Source of the DNA: Candidatus Nanohaloarchaea archaeon
GTDB lineage: Archaea > Nanohalarchaeota > Nanosalinia > Nanosalinales > Nanosalinaceae
Direction of reading: 5' to 3'
Assembly: GCA_014297435.1 (NCBI GenBank)
Contig: JACOQA010000004.1
Location: forward strand, 30,043 to 94,042
DNA: 64,000 nt
Shown: piece by piece, positions 43,632 to 51,678 of the stretch
Position numbering within the stretch: position 1 is the stretch's first letter
Layout of the letters: each line of letters begins with the position of its first letter
Notes under the pieces: generated by a model
Told to the model about the DNA's origin: nothing
What the model saw: the letters and a program-made list of their open reading frames with translations, nothing else
Databases searched by the model: none
Translations under genes and position numbers: made by a program

Positions 43632-43889
43632 ATGTCTAAGAAACTTCTGAAAATGGAGAAACGGATGTCCAGAGAGGAGATCTCTGAAAAGCTTTCAAGA
43701 ATTGCCGAGGGAGTTGAAAATGGAGAAGTGAAACTTTCCTCAGGAAACGATTCAGTGAATCTGCATCCTGGAGAGAATCCTGAGTTCGAACTCGAAGTTG
43801 AGGAGGAGAATGACGGTGATATCTCACTTGAGATAGAGATAGAATGGAATCCGGAAAAAGAAAAAAGGGAAGATATTGAGATAGGCTAG
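43632..43889 (+). CDS. Amphi-Trp domain protein
   Basis: SREEISEKLSRIAEGVENGEVKLSSGNDSVNLHPGENPEFELEVEEEN...LEIEIEW fits the amphi-Trp family pattern and size. Confidence 0.55.
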   Translation: MSKKLLKMEKRMSREEISEKLSRIAEGVENGEVKLSSGNDSVNLHPGENPEFELEVEEENDGDISLEIEIEWNPEKEKREDIEIG

Positions 43890-43898
43890 TGGAGAGCT

Positions 43899-44084
43899 CT
43901 AATCCAATAATCTATCATATATTTTCTCAGGCGGGCAGAAACCTGTAAATGAACTCTGCAACAGGTTGAAACCTGCGAACGCATCAATAAGGTAAAAGTA
44001 ATCGTTCACGAACCATCCAAGCAGGAAACCTGCCAGGATTACTGTTCCTGCCAGTCTTCTGACGAACTGTTTTTTCTGCATCAT
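43899..44084 (-). CDS. DUF2892 (YgaP-like) small membrane protein
   Basis: RRLAGTVILAGFLLGW...FAGFNLLQSSFTGFCPPEKIY. A 4-nt overlap with the upstream gene suggests co-translation with the exporter operon. Confidence 0.6.
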   Translation of the reverse strand: MMQKKQFVRRLAGTVILAGFLLGWFVNDYFYLIDAFAGFNLLQSSFTGFCPPEKIYDRLLD

Positions 44085-45376
44085 TCTTCACCTCCAGAAT
44101 TCTCTTCTACAGGTTTTCGAAATCTATACTGGTAAACCGAGCCCAGAACGAGCAAAAGCGTTGCCAGCACGCCTACATAGATAAGTGGAGACTGTGTCCT
44201 TCCTGTGAGTTCTAGATCTGTTTCTTCGGTAAATGTATAAACCGAGTTATCTCCTTCCTCACTATCACCGTTAGCTCTGAGCTGTATCTTGATCTGGTGA
44301 GTTTTCAGGTTGGCTGATCTATCAGCAGAGATCTTCAACACAGCTTCTCCTGTATCTCCAGTCTCTATCCCACCTATGTAGTTTGAGCGGTCTTCCAGAC
44401 TGAAGGGCTGGGTTCTTTCCGCGATCATTCTTACAGTTACCGACTCTGCATCCTGTCCTCCTACGTTCTCCACCTGAAGATGAAGTTGTTCTGTTCCCCC
44501 GGCTTTCATTCCTTTCTCTGCATTAACCAGCTCGAGATCAGGTCTGCCTTCAACCCTCAAAGGCACCTCAAGTTTCTTCGAGTACCTGTTGCCAGAAGTG
44601 TCCTCGTAAGTTGTCTTCAACCCAATCTGATGTAGTCCAGCCGAAAGATCCTCATCAAGATCCATTACTAGTGTTCTCTCCGTTGACTCTCCTTCACCCA
44701 ATCTGTTGATGTAGAACTTCTCATCCTTCGAATAGGCTGGTGCGATTCCCTCCGGCGTCTCCGGTCTAATCTCTACCTTTTCGATAGGTTTGTTCCCTGT
44801 GTTTGTGTATCTGATATGTGTTTCAACGTAGTCATCTCCTGGTCTTGGAGTTTTGGGGTCGGTCTTGACGACATTGCTTGAAATGTCGACTCCTTCATTA
44901 TCGACAGGCATGGAGAACTCTCTAATCACTCTAACGTTTGATTTTCCGTTCTGTGTGTTGATCTCTATGGGTTCACCGTTCTCCAAGTACTGGATATGTA
45001 GTTCGAAATCGTACATACCTGTTGGAGCACCAGAATCTATTTTTACCTGGTAGCGTTGATTCCAGACGGCTTCAGGATAGAGGAATCCGATAGAATCGTC
45101 TCTGTCATCCTCTATCGTGACGTGCTCTCTTGCCAGACGGTTATCCGGTTTGAGAACCACTTTCAGCTTTCTATCCTCATCCCAGTTTTTACCAGGATAG
45201 TTGTTTTCATGCATGTTGGCAGAGATGTTTACTCTGTCTCCTGCAGAAATGAATCCGGGATCGAAGCTTACTCCATCGAGTTTTGGAGCTCCTGAAGCAG
45301 CGCCTATAGAGATTGCGGCTATTGAAATTGTGATTGCAAGTTTGAAAGTTGTCGTGTGTGTAGTTGTGTTTGTCAT
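44081..45376 (-). CDS. Secreted COG1361-type (S-layer-domain/CARDB-like) protein with C-terminal TM anchor
   Basis: Signal-like N-terminus, beta-rich repeats and a C-terminal IYVGVLATLLLVLGSVYQY TM segment. It sits immediately downstream of the MMPL genes, a known pairing in archaea. Confidence 0.6.
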   Translation of the reverse strand: MTNTTTHTTTFKLAITISIAAISIGAASGAPKLDGVSFDPGFISAGDRVNISANMHENNYPGKNWDEDRKLKVVLKPDNRLAREHVTIEDDRDDSIGFLYPEAVWNQRYQVKIDSGAPTGMYDFELHIQYLENGEPIEINTQNGKSNVRVIREFSMPVDNEGVDISSNVVKTDPKTPRPGDDYVETHIRYTNTGNKPIEKVEIRPETPEGIAPAYSKDEKFYINRLGEGESTERTLVMDLDEDLSAGLHQIGLKTTYEDTSGNRYSKKLEVPLRVEGRPDLELVNAEKGMKAGGTEQLHLQVENVGGQDAESVTVRMIAERTQPFSLEDRSNYIGGIETGDTGEAVLKISADRSANLKTHQIKIQLRANGDSEEGDNSVYTFTEETDLELTGRTQSPLIYVGVLATLLLVLGSVYQYRFRKPVEENSGGEE

Positions 45377-45391
45377 AGTATTTTTTTCACC

Positions 45392-46450
45392 TTATACGAT
45401 TGATTCTTTTCCATCTGCGAGTATTATCATAGTAGGTAACAGAAATACAGCTCCTATGTATGCAGATATGATTCCTGTGAAGAGGAAGATTCCCAAGGCG
45501 TGCATGCCTGTCAGGTTTGCGGCGAGCAATGCCAAGAATCCGACACCGGTTGTCATAGATCCTCCGAGCAATCCTCGGGAAAGTTCTGTCATGGTCTCTG
45601 AAAGTCCTTCGGCTCCTCTCTTCGTGTTGAAGTATTTCTTGGTTACGTGTATACCGAAGTCTATTCCTAGCCCCATTATCATCGCGGCTGAGACCATGGA
45701 TATTATTGTAAGGTTTGCACCGAGGTAGCCGCCGAGACCGAGCATCCATACCAATCCGAACATGACAGGTACTATCGGAAACATCATCCTCTTCAAGTCA
45801 CGGAACACCCCGAAAAGAACGAGTAAGACCGCCCCAAACGATACTGCAGTTATAGTCATGAAATCGGATATGATGACCTGGAATGTCGCAAGATCTATCA
45901 TGTTGTAGCCAGTGAGATAGTAGTCCTCCGTAGTCTCAGCCTGTACGGCTGTATGTATTTCATCATAAAGTTTCTGTATCTCACCAGAATTGGCTTGTGT
46001 GTCAGCTCTTACTGCAACTAGACCTGTTCTGTGGTTTTCTGATACCATGCTCCTGAAATTGAAACTTTGAAGCCTTTCACTGTCCTCGGGAATCTTTCCG
46101 TACTTTCTTTCGAGAATGGATGCTGGAGATTCAACCGAATGAACGTTCTCGACTTTTTCTACTCTGTTACTAATTCTCTGTATCTCTACTAATAGTTCGG
46201 AGTTAAGTACATCCTTATCGGATTCAAACACGATGTATGTCGTGTCTCCTGAAAACTTCGCTCTCAAGGTATCGAGTGATTCGACGGTTGAGTCATCTTC
46301 TGGCAGGATTGCTTCGGTGCTTGGTTTAACCTCTAAGTTTAACGCTCCTGGAACTACAAGAAGTGTCAAAAGACCTATTATGAGTAAGACTTTCTTGGGT
46401 TTCTCTACCTGGTATTCTACCAGTTTTTCAGCGAGTCTCTCTATAATCAT
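45392..46450 (-). CDS. MMPL/RND-superfamily exporter, second half (1 TM + extracytoplasmic domain + 5 TM)
   Basis: The topology and motifs GLGIDFGIHV are typical of COG1033 exporters. It is in the same frame as the upstream half. Confidence 0.75.
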   Translation of the reverse strand: MIIERLAEKLVEYQVEKPKKVLLIIGLLTLLVVPGALNLEVKPSTEAILPEDDSTVESLDTLRAKFSGDTTYIVFESDKDVLNSELLVEIQRISNRVEKVENVHSVESPASILERKYGKIPEDSERLQSFNFRSMVSENHRTGLVAVRADTQANSGEIQKLYDEIHTAVQAETTEDYYLTGYNMIDLATFQVIISDFMTITAVSFGAVLLVLFGVFRDLKRMMFPIVPVMFGLVWMLGLGGYLGANLTIISMVSAAMIMGLGIDFGIHVTKKYFNTKRGAEGLSETMTELSRGLLGGSMTTGVGFLALLAANLTGMHALGIFLFTGIISAYIGAVFLLPTMIILADGKESIV

Positions 46451-46453
46451 TTT

Positions 46454-47518
46454 TCAGAAGTCGTGCCTCCAGTCGATCGATTCATGGATTTTCTTCATAA
46501 CCTTCTCCTCGAGTACGAAAACTGAGGGAAGCAGGAGAAAGCTGAAAAGCAGTGCGTAGCCTATACCTATCGACATTATTAGACCGAACCTGTGCATCTC
46601 AGGCATCATACCTGTAAGAAACGCCATGAACGCGCTAATGGTCGTAATCGATGTTGCTAAAATAGCGACCCCTGTCTCTCCAACAGCTTCTGAAAGCGCC
46701 TCACCTATCGTGTTATCTTTCCTGTGAAACCTGTATGTATTGAGTATGTGAACCGAGTAGTCGATCCCTATACCTATAACCAGTGCTGCGACAGATCCCG
46801 CCAGGGTTGAAAGCGGTATTCCTAGGTAGCCCATGGTTCCGTATAGCCAGATAACTGAGAGCGCTACGACTATCAGAGGCATGAGTGCGGATGAAAAGCT
46901 TCCCTGAAAAAGACCTAGAGTTATCAAAAAAACGAGACCTAGGGATATCATAGTTGTAACATTTTTATCACGAGAGACCATTGATGAGAGACGTTGCTGT
47001 ACTGCTGGAACACCTGATATCTCGGTTTCGACTCCTTCAGGTTTTTCGTACTTGGTCTGTTCTTCTATTTCGTTGAATATCCTGTCCATTTCAGATCCAG
47101 AGTCCCCTAGATAAGTGTAGGCAGTAATTACTGCGTTTTGGTCTCTTTCGTCCACCAATCCTTCTCTTTGGAGAGGTGACATAACTTGAGTTACGCCATT
47201 TATCTTCCTGATGTCGTTCGAAAGATCCTGTATATATTCTTCTGTCCGGTTGTCATGTATGCTTTGAACTCCGTCCTCCATTTTTCCTGTTGAGATTTTT
47301 ACTGCGATAGAGTCTTTGCCTATTCCTTCAGCTCTCAAGTTGTTCACGCCTTCTACAGGGGTTGAGCTCGAAGGCATCATGTTTTCCAGTGCTACTATGG
47401 TTTCGACTCTTGCCATTCCAGGAATCATGGCTAGCGAGAGAAATACGAACAGGAGTACTATCTTGGTCGGATGTTTTTCCTGGATTGTTGTTATTTTCTC
47501 AAGGATTTTCTGTGACAT
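46454..47518 (-). CDS. MMPL/RND-superfamily exporter, first half
   Basis: Same architecture (GIGIDYSVHI). It ends in a TGA that is in frame with, and 3 nt from, the ATG of the second half. Confidence 0.75.
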   Translation of the reverse strand: MSQKILEKITTIQEKHPTKIVLLFVFLSLAMIPGMARVETIVALENMMPSSSTPVEGVNNLRAEGIGKDSIAVKISTGKMEDGVQSIHDNRTEEYIQDLSNDIRKINGVTQVMSPLQREGLVDERDQNAVITAYTYLGDSGSEMDRIFNEIEEQTKYEKPEGVETEISGVPAVQQRLSSMVSRDKNVTTMISLGLVFLITLGLFQGSFSSALMPLIVVALSVIWLYGTMGYLGIPLSTLAGSVAALVIGIGIDYSVHILNTYRFHRKDNTIGEALSEAVGETGVAILATSITTISAFMAFLTGMMPEMHRFGLIMSIGIGYALLFSFLLLPSVFVLEEKVMKKIHESIDWRHDF

Positions 47519-47595
47519 TTAGTTGAACTATGTTGCACAATCTTTTTTATGTTTACCAGGACAGGAAATTTACATCTTGCCGTGAAACCTAGTCT

Positions 47596-47925
47596 ATGGA
47601 CTGCCCAACAGAAATCAAACAGCTGCTAAAAGTACTTTACAACCTATCAAGCTCCGAGACAGAGGTCATGTACTTCCTGTGCAACAACGAGGCTCGAGCC
47701 TCGGATATAGCCGAGGAACTTGGCAAGGACAGATCAACAATCCAGAGATACCTTTCCAAACTGAGAACGACAGGGCTGGTAGAAAGAGAGAGTGTCGTTA
47801 AAGAGGGTAAGAGAGGTCGTTTCTACATCTACTCTGTGCCCGATAAGGCTGAGATGAAGCGGAAAGTCAAGGAACGGATGGAGGAATGGAAAGACGAAAA
47901 ACTTGAGGTTCTGGAAGACCTCTAA
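47596..47925 (+). CDS. TrmB/ArsR-type winged-helix transcriptional regulator
   Basis: SETEVMYFLCNNEARASDIAEELGKDRSTIQRYLSKLRTTGLVERE. It is divergent from the exporter operon. Confidence 0.6.
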   Translation: MDCPTEIKQLLKVLYNLSSSETEVMYFLCNNEARASDIAEELGKDRSTIQRYLSKLRTTGLVERESVVKEGKRGRFYIYSVPDKAEMKRKVKERMEEWKDEKLEVLEDL

Positions 47926-47935
47926 CAACAAATTA

Positions 47936-47942
47936 TTAAAAG
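47936..47942 (+). promoter_or_regulatory. TATA-like box TTAAAAG, 28 nt before the glutaredoxin ATG
   Basis: Identical heptamer to those upstream of aRF1 and MetRS. Confidence 0.4.
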
Positions 47943-47963
47943 TTCAACATTCTTACACAAACT

Positions 47964-48212
47964 ATGTCTAAAGAAATAGAAGTTTTCACGACACCGGCTT
48001 GCCCCTACTGCACCAAGATAAAGAAGTGGCTCGATGAAAACGGTTACGACTACACAGAACACAACGTAGCCGAAAACAAAGAAAAAGCCCAGGAAATGAT
48101 CCAAGAAACAGGCGAAAGGGGAGTCCCACAGACCTTCATAGGCAAAGAAACAGTAGTAGGTTTTCAACCCGGAAAGATTCAGGAAGCTATCGAAGAAGAG
48201 ATAGAAACCTGA
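47964..48212 (+). CDS. Glutaredoxin / NrdH-like redoxin
   Basis: Active site TTPACPYCTKIKKWL and cis-Pro region RGVPQTFIG. The protein is 82 aa. Confidence 0.85.
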   Translation: MSKEIEVFTTPACPYCTKIKKWLDENGYDYTEHNVAENKEKAQEMIQETGERGVPQTFIGKETVVGFQPGKIQEAIEEEIET

Positions 48213-48350
48213 AAACCAAGGACAAGAATAAATGTACAGGGAGGGGGACTACATCCTCGTCCTTCAAAAGTACTGTTCAGCCTTTAAATCCTCTAATAAA
48301 AGCTTTCCTATCCGCGAACCAATTTAAGGCGGCAACCAAAGCTCGTTAAT

Positions 48351-48539
48351 ATGTTTAATTTAGACCTTGAGAACCCCCTAATTTTCACGACGTTTACAGT
48401 AGCCTTATGGATTTCAATGGCGATATTAGTAGAAGTAATTTTTGCCAACGGAAGTTTAGAGAGCGGTGTTATCAAGGGCTTTGCTGGAGGTATCGCATAC
48501 TCGATTACGTACAGATATATACAAAACTTCTCTGACTGA
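48351..48539 (+). CDS. Small membrane protein (2 TM), hypothetical
   Basis: 62-aa hydrophobic ORF with no overlapping alternative. Confidence 0.3.
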   Translation: MFNLDLENPLIFTTFTVALWISMAILVEVIFANGSLESGVIKGFAGGIAYSITYRYIQNFSD

Positions 48540-48602
48540 AAGGCGCCGGTCGCAGAATTTTTGTTTGATTTCAGCCGAACAGCCTGTCAACTTATTAAAT
48601 AA

Positions 48603-49739
48603 ATGCCGTCAGCAGGAAATTGTATGAAAAGACAGTTTTTCTGTATTACTATGCTACTGGTTTGTTCTACTGCTTCTTCTGCTGCGCTGGAAAATGTAGA
48701 ACAGGTTAATAACTCAAACCTGGCGAAACATGAGGTCGTGATCGGAGAGAATCAAGAAATCCGCTGGGCCGGATACGAAGCCGTATACAAAGACAGCAGA
48801 GATTACAGCGCCGAGAGAATTACATTCACAGACCCAGACGGGGTGCTGATGAAACAGTTCTCTGGAGAGGAGTTCTATGACGCCTTTAGCGAGATAAAAC
48901 GGATCAGCGAGAATCTCTACCTAAGACTCGACAGCTTAAATCATGATAAAAAAGAGATCAAGGCAACCGTCTGGGCTCCTGGGGACGAGTTTGGATCCTC
49001 AGATCTTAATATTACTGCCCCAGAGTACATAGTTAAGCAGAATGACGAAGATTTTACAGTCCCTATAAGAATTGAAAACAGTGGAGGCATTGAGGAAGCT
49101 TACGAGCTCTCAGCCGAATCATCAAGTCCTATTTCTACTTACTTTACTTACCAAGGCTACAATATAACCAAGCTAGTCGTGGAGCCTGGAGAAGAGAAGG
49201 AAATAACCGCGGATATTGAGCTAGACGAAGATATAGGCAAAGGAGTGAAGAAAATCAACTTCAGTGTTTTCAACAGAAGCTTCTCTTCTAAAGAGTTCCG
49301 CTTTCAGGTAACCAACAGCAGCGAAGATGAAAGAGAGTTAAGAATGAATCTTGATGAGAACTACCTCGAGAAATCATCAGGAACTACAGTTGAAACCACA
49401 GTAAGAGTTGAGAACATAGGTGATTCCCTGGTGAAGAACGTCGAGCCTTCGATATCCACGCCGGAAAACTGGAACTACACCGTGAAACCTGAGGAAACCA
49501 AGAACATCAGTAGCGAGGAGTTCCAGGACTTTGAACTAGCTGTTTCCGTTCCTTCAACTGCAACTAGCGGCGACTACTTCGTTGATATAGAGTTGGAAAA
49601 CACTGAGAATTTTGATAAAAGAAATGTTAGAGTGAACGTTTCAGATAGCAGCGGTGGCTTCGGTCTGATCGGTGCTATACTCGCTTTAATGTCTATCATG
49701 CTTGTAGCAGGAGTTTACAAGGTATTTGGTAGAAGGTGA
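48603..49739 (+). CDS. Secreted NEW3/CARDB-like (COG1470-type) protein with PGF-CTERM-like tail, first gene of an ABC-2 transporter operon
   Basis: Signal peptide (probable start MKRQFFCITMLLV at 48624). STPENWNYTVKPEE...SVPSTATSGDYFVDIEL. The C-terminus is SSGGFGLIGAILALMSIMLVAGVYKVFGRR. Confidence 0.55.
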   Translation: MPSAGNCMKRQFFCITMLLVCSTASSAALENVEQVNNSNLAKHEVVIGENQEIRWAGYEAVYKDSRDYSAERITFTDPDGVLMKQFSGEEFYDAFSEIKRISENLYLRLDSLNHDKKEIKATVWAPGDEFGSSDLNITAPEYIVKQNDEDFTVPIRIENSGGIEEAYELSAESSSPISTYFTYQGYNITKLVVEPGEEKEITADIELDEDIGKGVKKINFSVFNRSFSSKEFRFQVTNSSEDERELRMNLDENYLEKSSGTTVETTVRVENIGDSLVKNVEPSISTPENWNYTVKPEETKNISSEEFQDFELAVSVPSTATSGDYFVDIELENTENFDKRNVRVNVSDSSGGFGLIGAILALMSIMLVAGVYKVFGRR

Positions 49740-49748
49740 TAAACTTAA

Positions 49749-50468
49749 ATGGCAGTTGTAGAAATAAACAATTTAAGCAAAAGTTTTGACGGCTTTAAAG
49801 CCCTGGAAAATCTGGAAATGGAGATACAGCGAGGTGAAGTTTACGGTCTTCTCGGACCGAACGGCGCAGGAAAAACCACGTTGTTCCAGACAATGATGGG
49901 ACAGCTGACGCCTACTTCGGGAGAAGTGGAGATACTCGGGGAAGACGCATACCGCGACACTTTTGAAGTGGCAAAAGAGGTAAGCTTTCTCCCTGCGGAT
50001 ATCCGTTTCTACGACAACCTGACAGCGAGGAAGAATCTGAAATACCTTGCTGATCTCGTAGAAGAGGACCCCGACATCGATGAACTACTGGAACTAGTCA
50101 ACCTTAAGGAGGAAGCAGATAAGAAGGTCTCGGGATTCTCTCACGGAATGCAGAAAAGACTGGGAATCGCCCAGACACTGATCAAGGATCCGGAAATAAT
50201 CCTTTTCGACGAGCCGACCACAGGTCTCGATCCGGAAAGAAAGGAAGACTTCAAGGACCTCATCAAGGAGATCAACGAGGAAAAAGGAATCACTGTAATT
50301 GTTTCCTCGCATATCCTCCACGAGTTAGAGGACATATGCGATCGAATTGGGGTTCTGAAGGACGGCAACATCAAGGTATCCGGCACTCCTCAAGGAATTA
50401 TCGAAGAAGAGGGTGTTGATACTTTAGAAGAGGCTTACCTTGAGATAACTCGAGGTGACTACCGATGA
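49749..50468 (+). CDS. ABC transporter ATP-binding protein (ABC-2/CcmA-like)
   Basis: Walker A GPNGAGKTT, signature FSHGMQKR and Walker B IILFDEPTTGLD. Confidence 0.88.
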   Translation: MAVVEINNLSKSFDGFKALENLEMEIQRGEVYGLLGPNGAGKTTLFQTMMGQLTPTSGEVEILGEDAYRDTFEVAKEVSFLPADIRFYDNLTARKNLKYLADLVEEDPDIDELLELVNLKEEADKKVSGFSHGMQKRLGIAQTLIKDPEIILFDEPTTGLDPERKEDFKDLIKEINEEKGITVIVSSHILHELEDICDRIGVLKDGNIKVSGTPQGIIEEEGVDTLEEAYLEITRGDYR

Positions 50469-51442
50469 AAGCTTTTACAGTTGCCAGGAAAGAGATTGCC
50501 GACCAGATGAACAGCAACAAGTTCCTGATCGTATTCGGACTGCTTCTACTTCTTACGGCAGCCACGGCATTCCAGGGCGCGCAGAACTATCAGGACAGTA
50601 TGGACCGATTCCAGGAGGCACAGAATTCTGACTCTCAGATGGGATTCGCTCCGGACAAGCCTTCAGTCCTTGACGCATTCACTATGCTGACACAAGGGGT
50701 TAATTTCCCACTTATCGGAGGATTACTGGCATTACTGCTCAGCTTCAATACTGTATCCGGTGAACGGGATAAAAACACCTTGAAGCTATTAACCTCTTAC
50801 CCTCTTCACAGAGATAGCATCATCACAGGAAAGTTCATGGCAGGAATCTTCACATTGACGATAGCTTCCGCAGCATCATTCATGGTAGCCTCAGCAGTCA
50901 TTATAGGCATGACCGGGGCAGCAGTAACCGGTGCCGCGGCAACACGCATCCTGCTGATGCTTGGAGGAACAGTCCTCTACATGTCATGCATCTACGGGCT
51001 AGGAACACTCCTCTCAACAGTATTCAACGACAGTTCAACAGCTCTCACAGGAGGAATGCTCGTCCTGGTCCTTTCAACACTTGTAATCCCTCAGATGGCA
51101 TTCATGCTTTCCGATGTCCTCGTAGAAGACTCTGAAGAGACGAGCATCACAATTGGCCAAGGAAGCTCTGGACTCAGCGATTCATATGAGAAGCGCATGG
51201 AAATACGGAACACGATCACGAAGCTGGCGCCATCAGGAAGTTACGGCAACTTCATGCAGTACATGCTGGGACAAGACCCAAGTAGCATAGGGGTAAGTAC
51301 TGGAGGCGGCGATGCAGAAAGCGAACCATCAGTTATGGAAAGCCTCAATTCATCGCTAGGTAACCTGGGGCTTCTCGTGGGACAAGCAGCTCTGTTCTTC
51401 GGAGCAAGTTTCGTCATCTTTACAAGGAGGGAAATCTCCTGA
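50465..51442 (+). CDS. ABC-2 type transporter permease
   Basis: ATGA overlap with the ATPase gene. Six hydrophobic segments with a large first extracytoplasmic loop. Confidence 0.7.
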   Translation: MKAFTVARKEIADQMNSNKFLIVFGLLLLLTAATAFQGAQNYQDSMDRFQEAQNSDSQMGFAPDKPSVLDAFTMLTQGVNFPLIGGLLALLLSFNTVSGERDKNTLKLLTSYPLHRDSIITGKFMAGIFTLTIASAASFMVASAVIIGMTGAAVTGAAATRILLMLGGTVLYMSCIYGLGTLLSTVFNDSSTALTGGMLVLVLSTLVIPQMAFMLSDVLVEDSEETSITIGQGSSGLSDSYEKRMEIRNTITKLAPSGSYGNFMQYMLGQDPSSIGVSTGGGDAESEPSVMESLNSSLGNLGLLVGQAALFFGASFVIFTRREIS

Positions 51443-51457
51443 TCTTTTTTCTTTTAT
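51371..51457 (+). repeat. Direct repeat copy 1: 3' end of the permease gene plus T-rich terminator
   Basis: 51371..51425 matches 54231..54285 at 48 of 55 positions. The 13-nt TTTTTTCTTTTAT at 51445..51457 is identical to 54286..54298. Confidence 0.8.
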
Positions 51458-51470
51458 AGGAGAAGATAGA

Positions 51471-51638
51471 ATGCTGATGGACCTGATAAGAAGAAAGATC
51501 GTGATGTTTCTAGGTCCTGATAACCTGAATGTCCCGGATTATTTCTGGATTGTAGCTCTGACAACAATAGTGGTTTTATCGCTCATTTTGAAATGGCGAG
51601 GACCTGAAGTAGAAGGAGGGATCATGGATCAAGTATGA
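51471..51638 (+). CDS. Possible 55-aa single-TM protein (below the ORF-track cutoff)
   Basis: MLMDLIRRKIVMFLGPDNLNVPDYFWIVALTTIVVLSLILKWRGPEVEGGIMDQV. An AGGAG motif lies 10 nt upstream. Confidence 0.25.
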   Translation: MLMDLIRRKIVMFLGPDNLNVPDYFWIVALTTIVVLSLILKWRGPEVEGGIMDQV

Positions 51639-51678
51639 AGAACAACAGGAGTGAGTACATCCTTCTCCAACTTTTTCT

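Noticed and set aside
45201-45749. 175-aa plus-strand ORF and 120-aa minus-strand ORF overlapping the MMPL and COG1361 genes
   Set aside because: They are shadow or alternative frames of well-supported membrane-protein genes. The R-rich or low-complexity translations are inconsistent with the proteome.
46454-46456. Genome-wide TGA reassignment or selenocysteine as an explanation for the in-frame TGA in the MMPL exporter
   Set aside because: TGA terminates other well-defined genes here, for example atpE at 59993 and the atp-embedded ORF at 55151. I saw no obvious SECIS-like hairpin. Local readthrough, a split gene or an error remain possible, as discussed in the finding.
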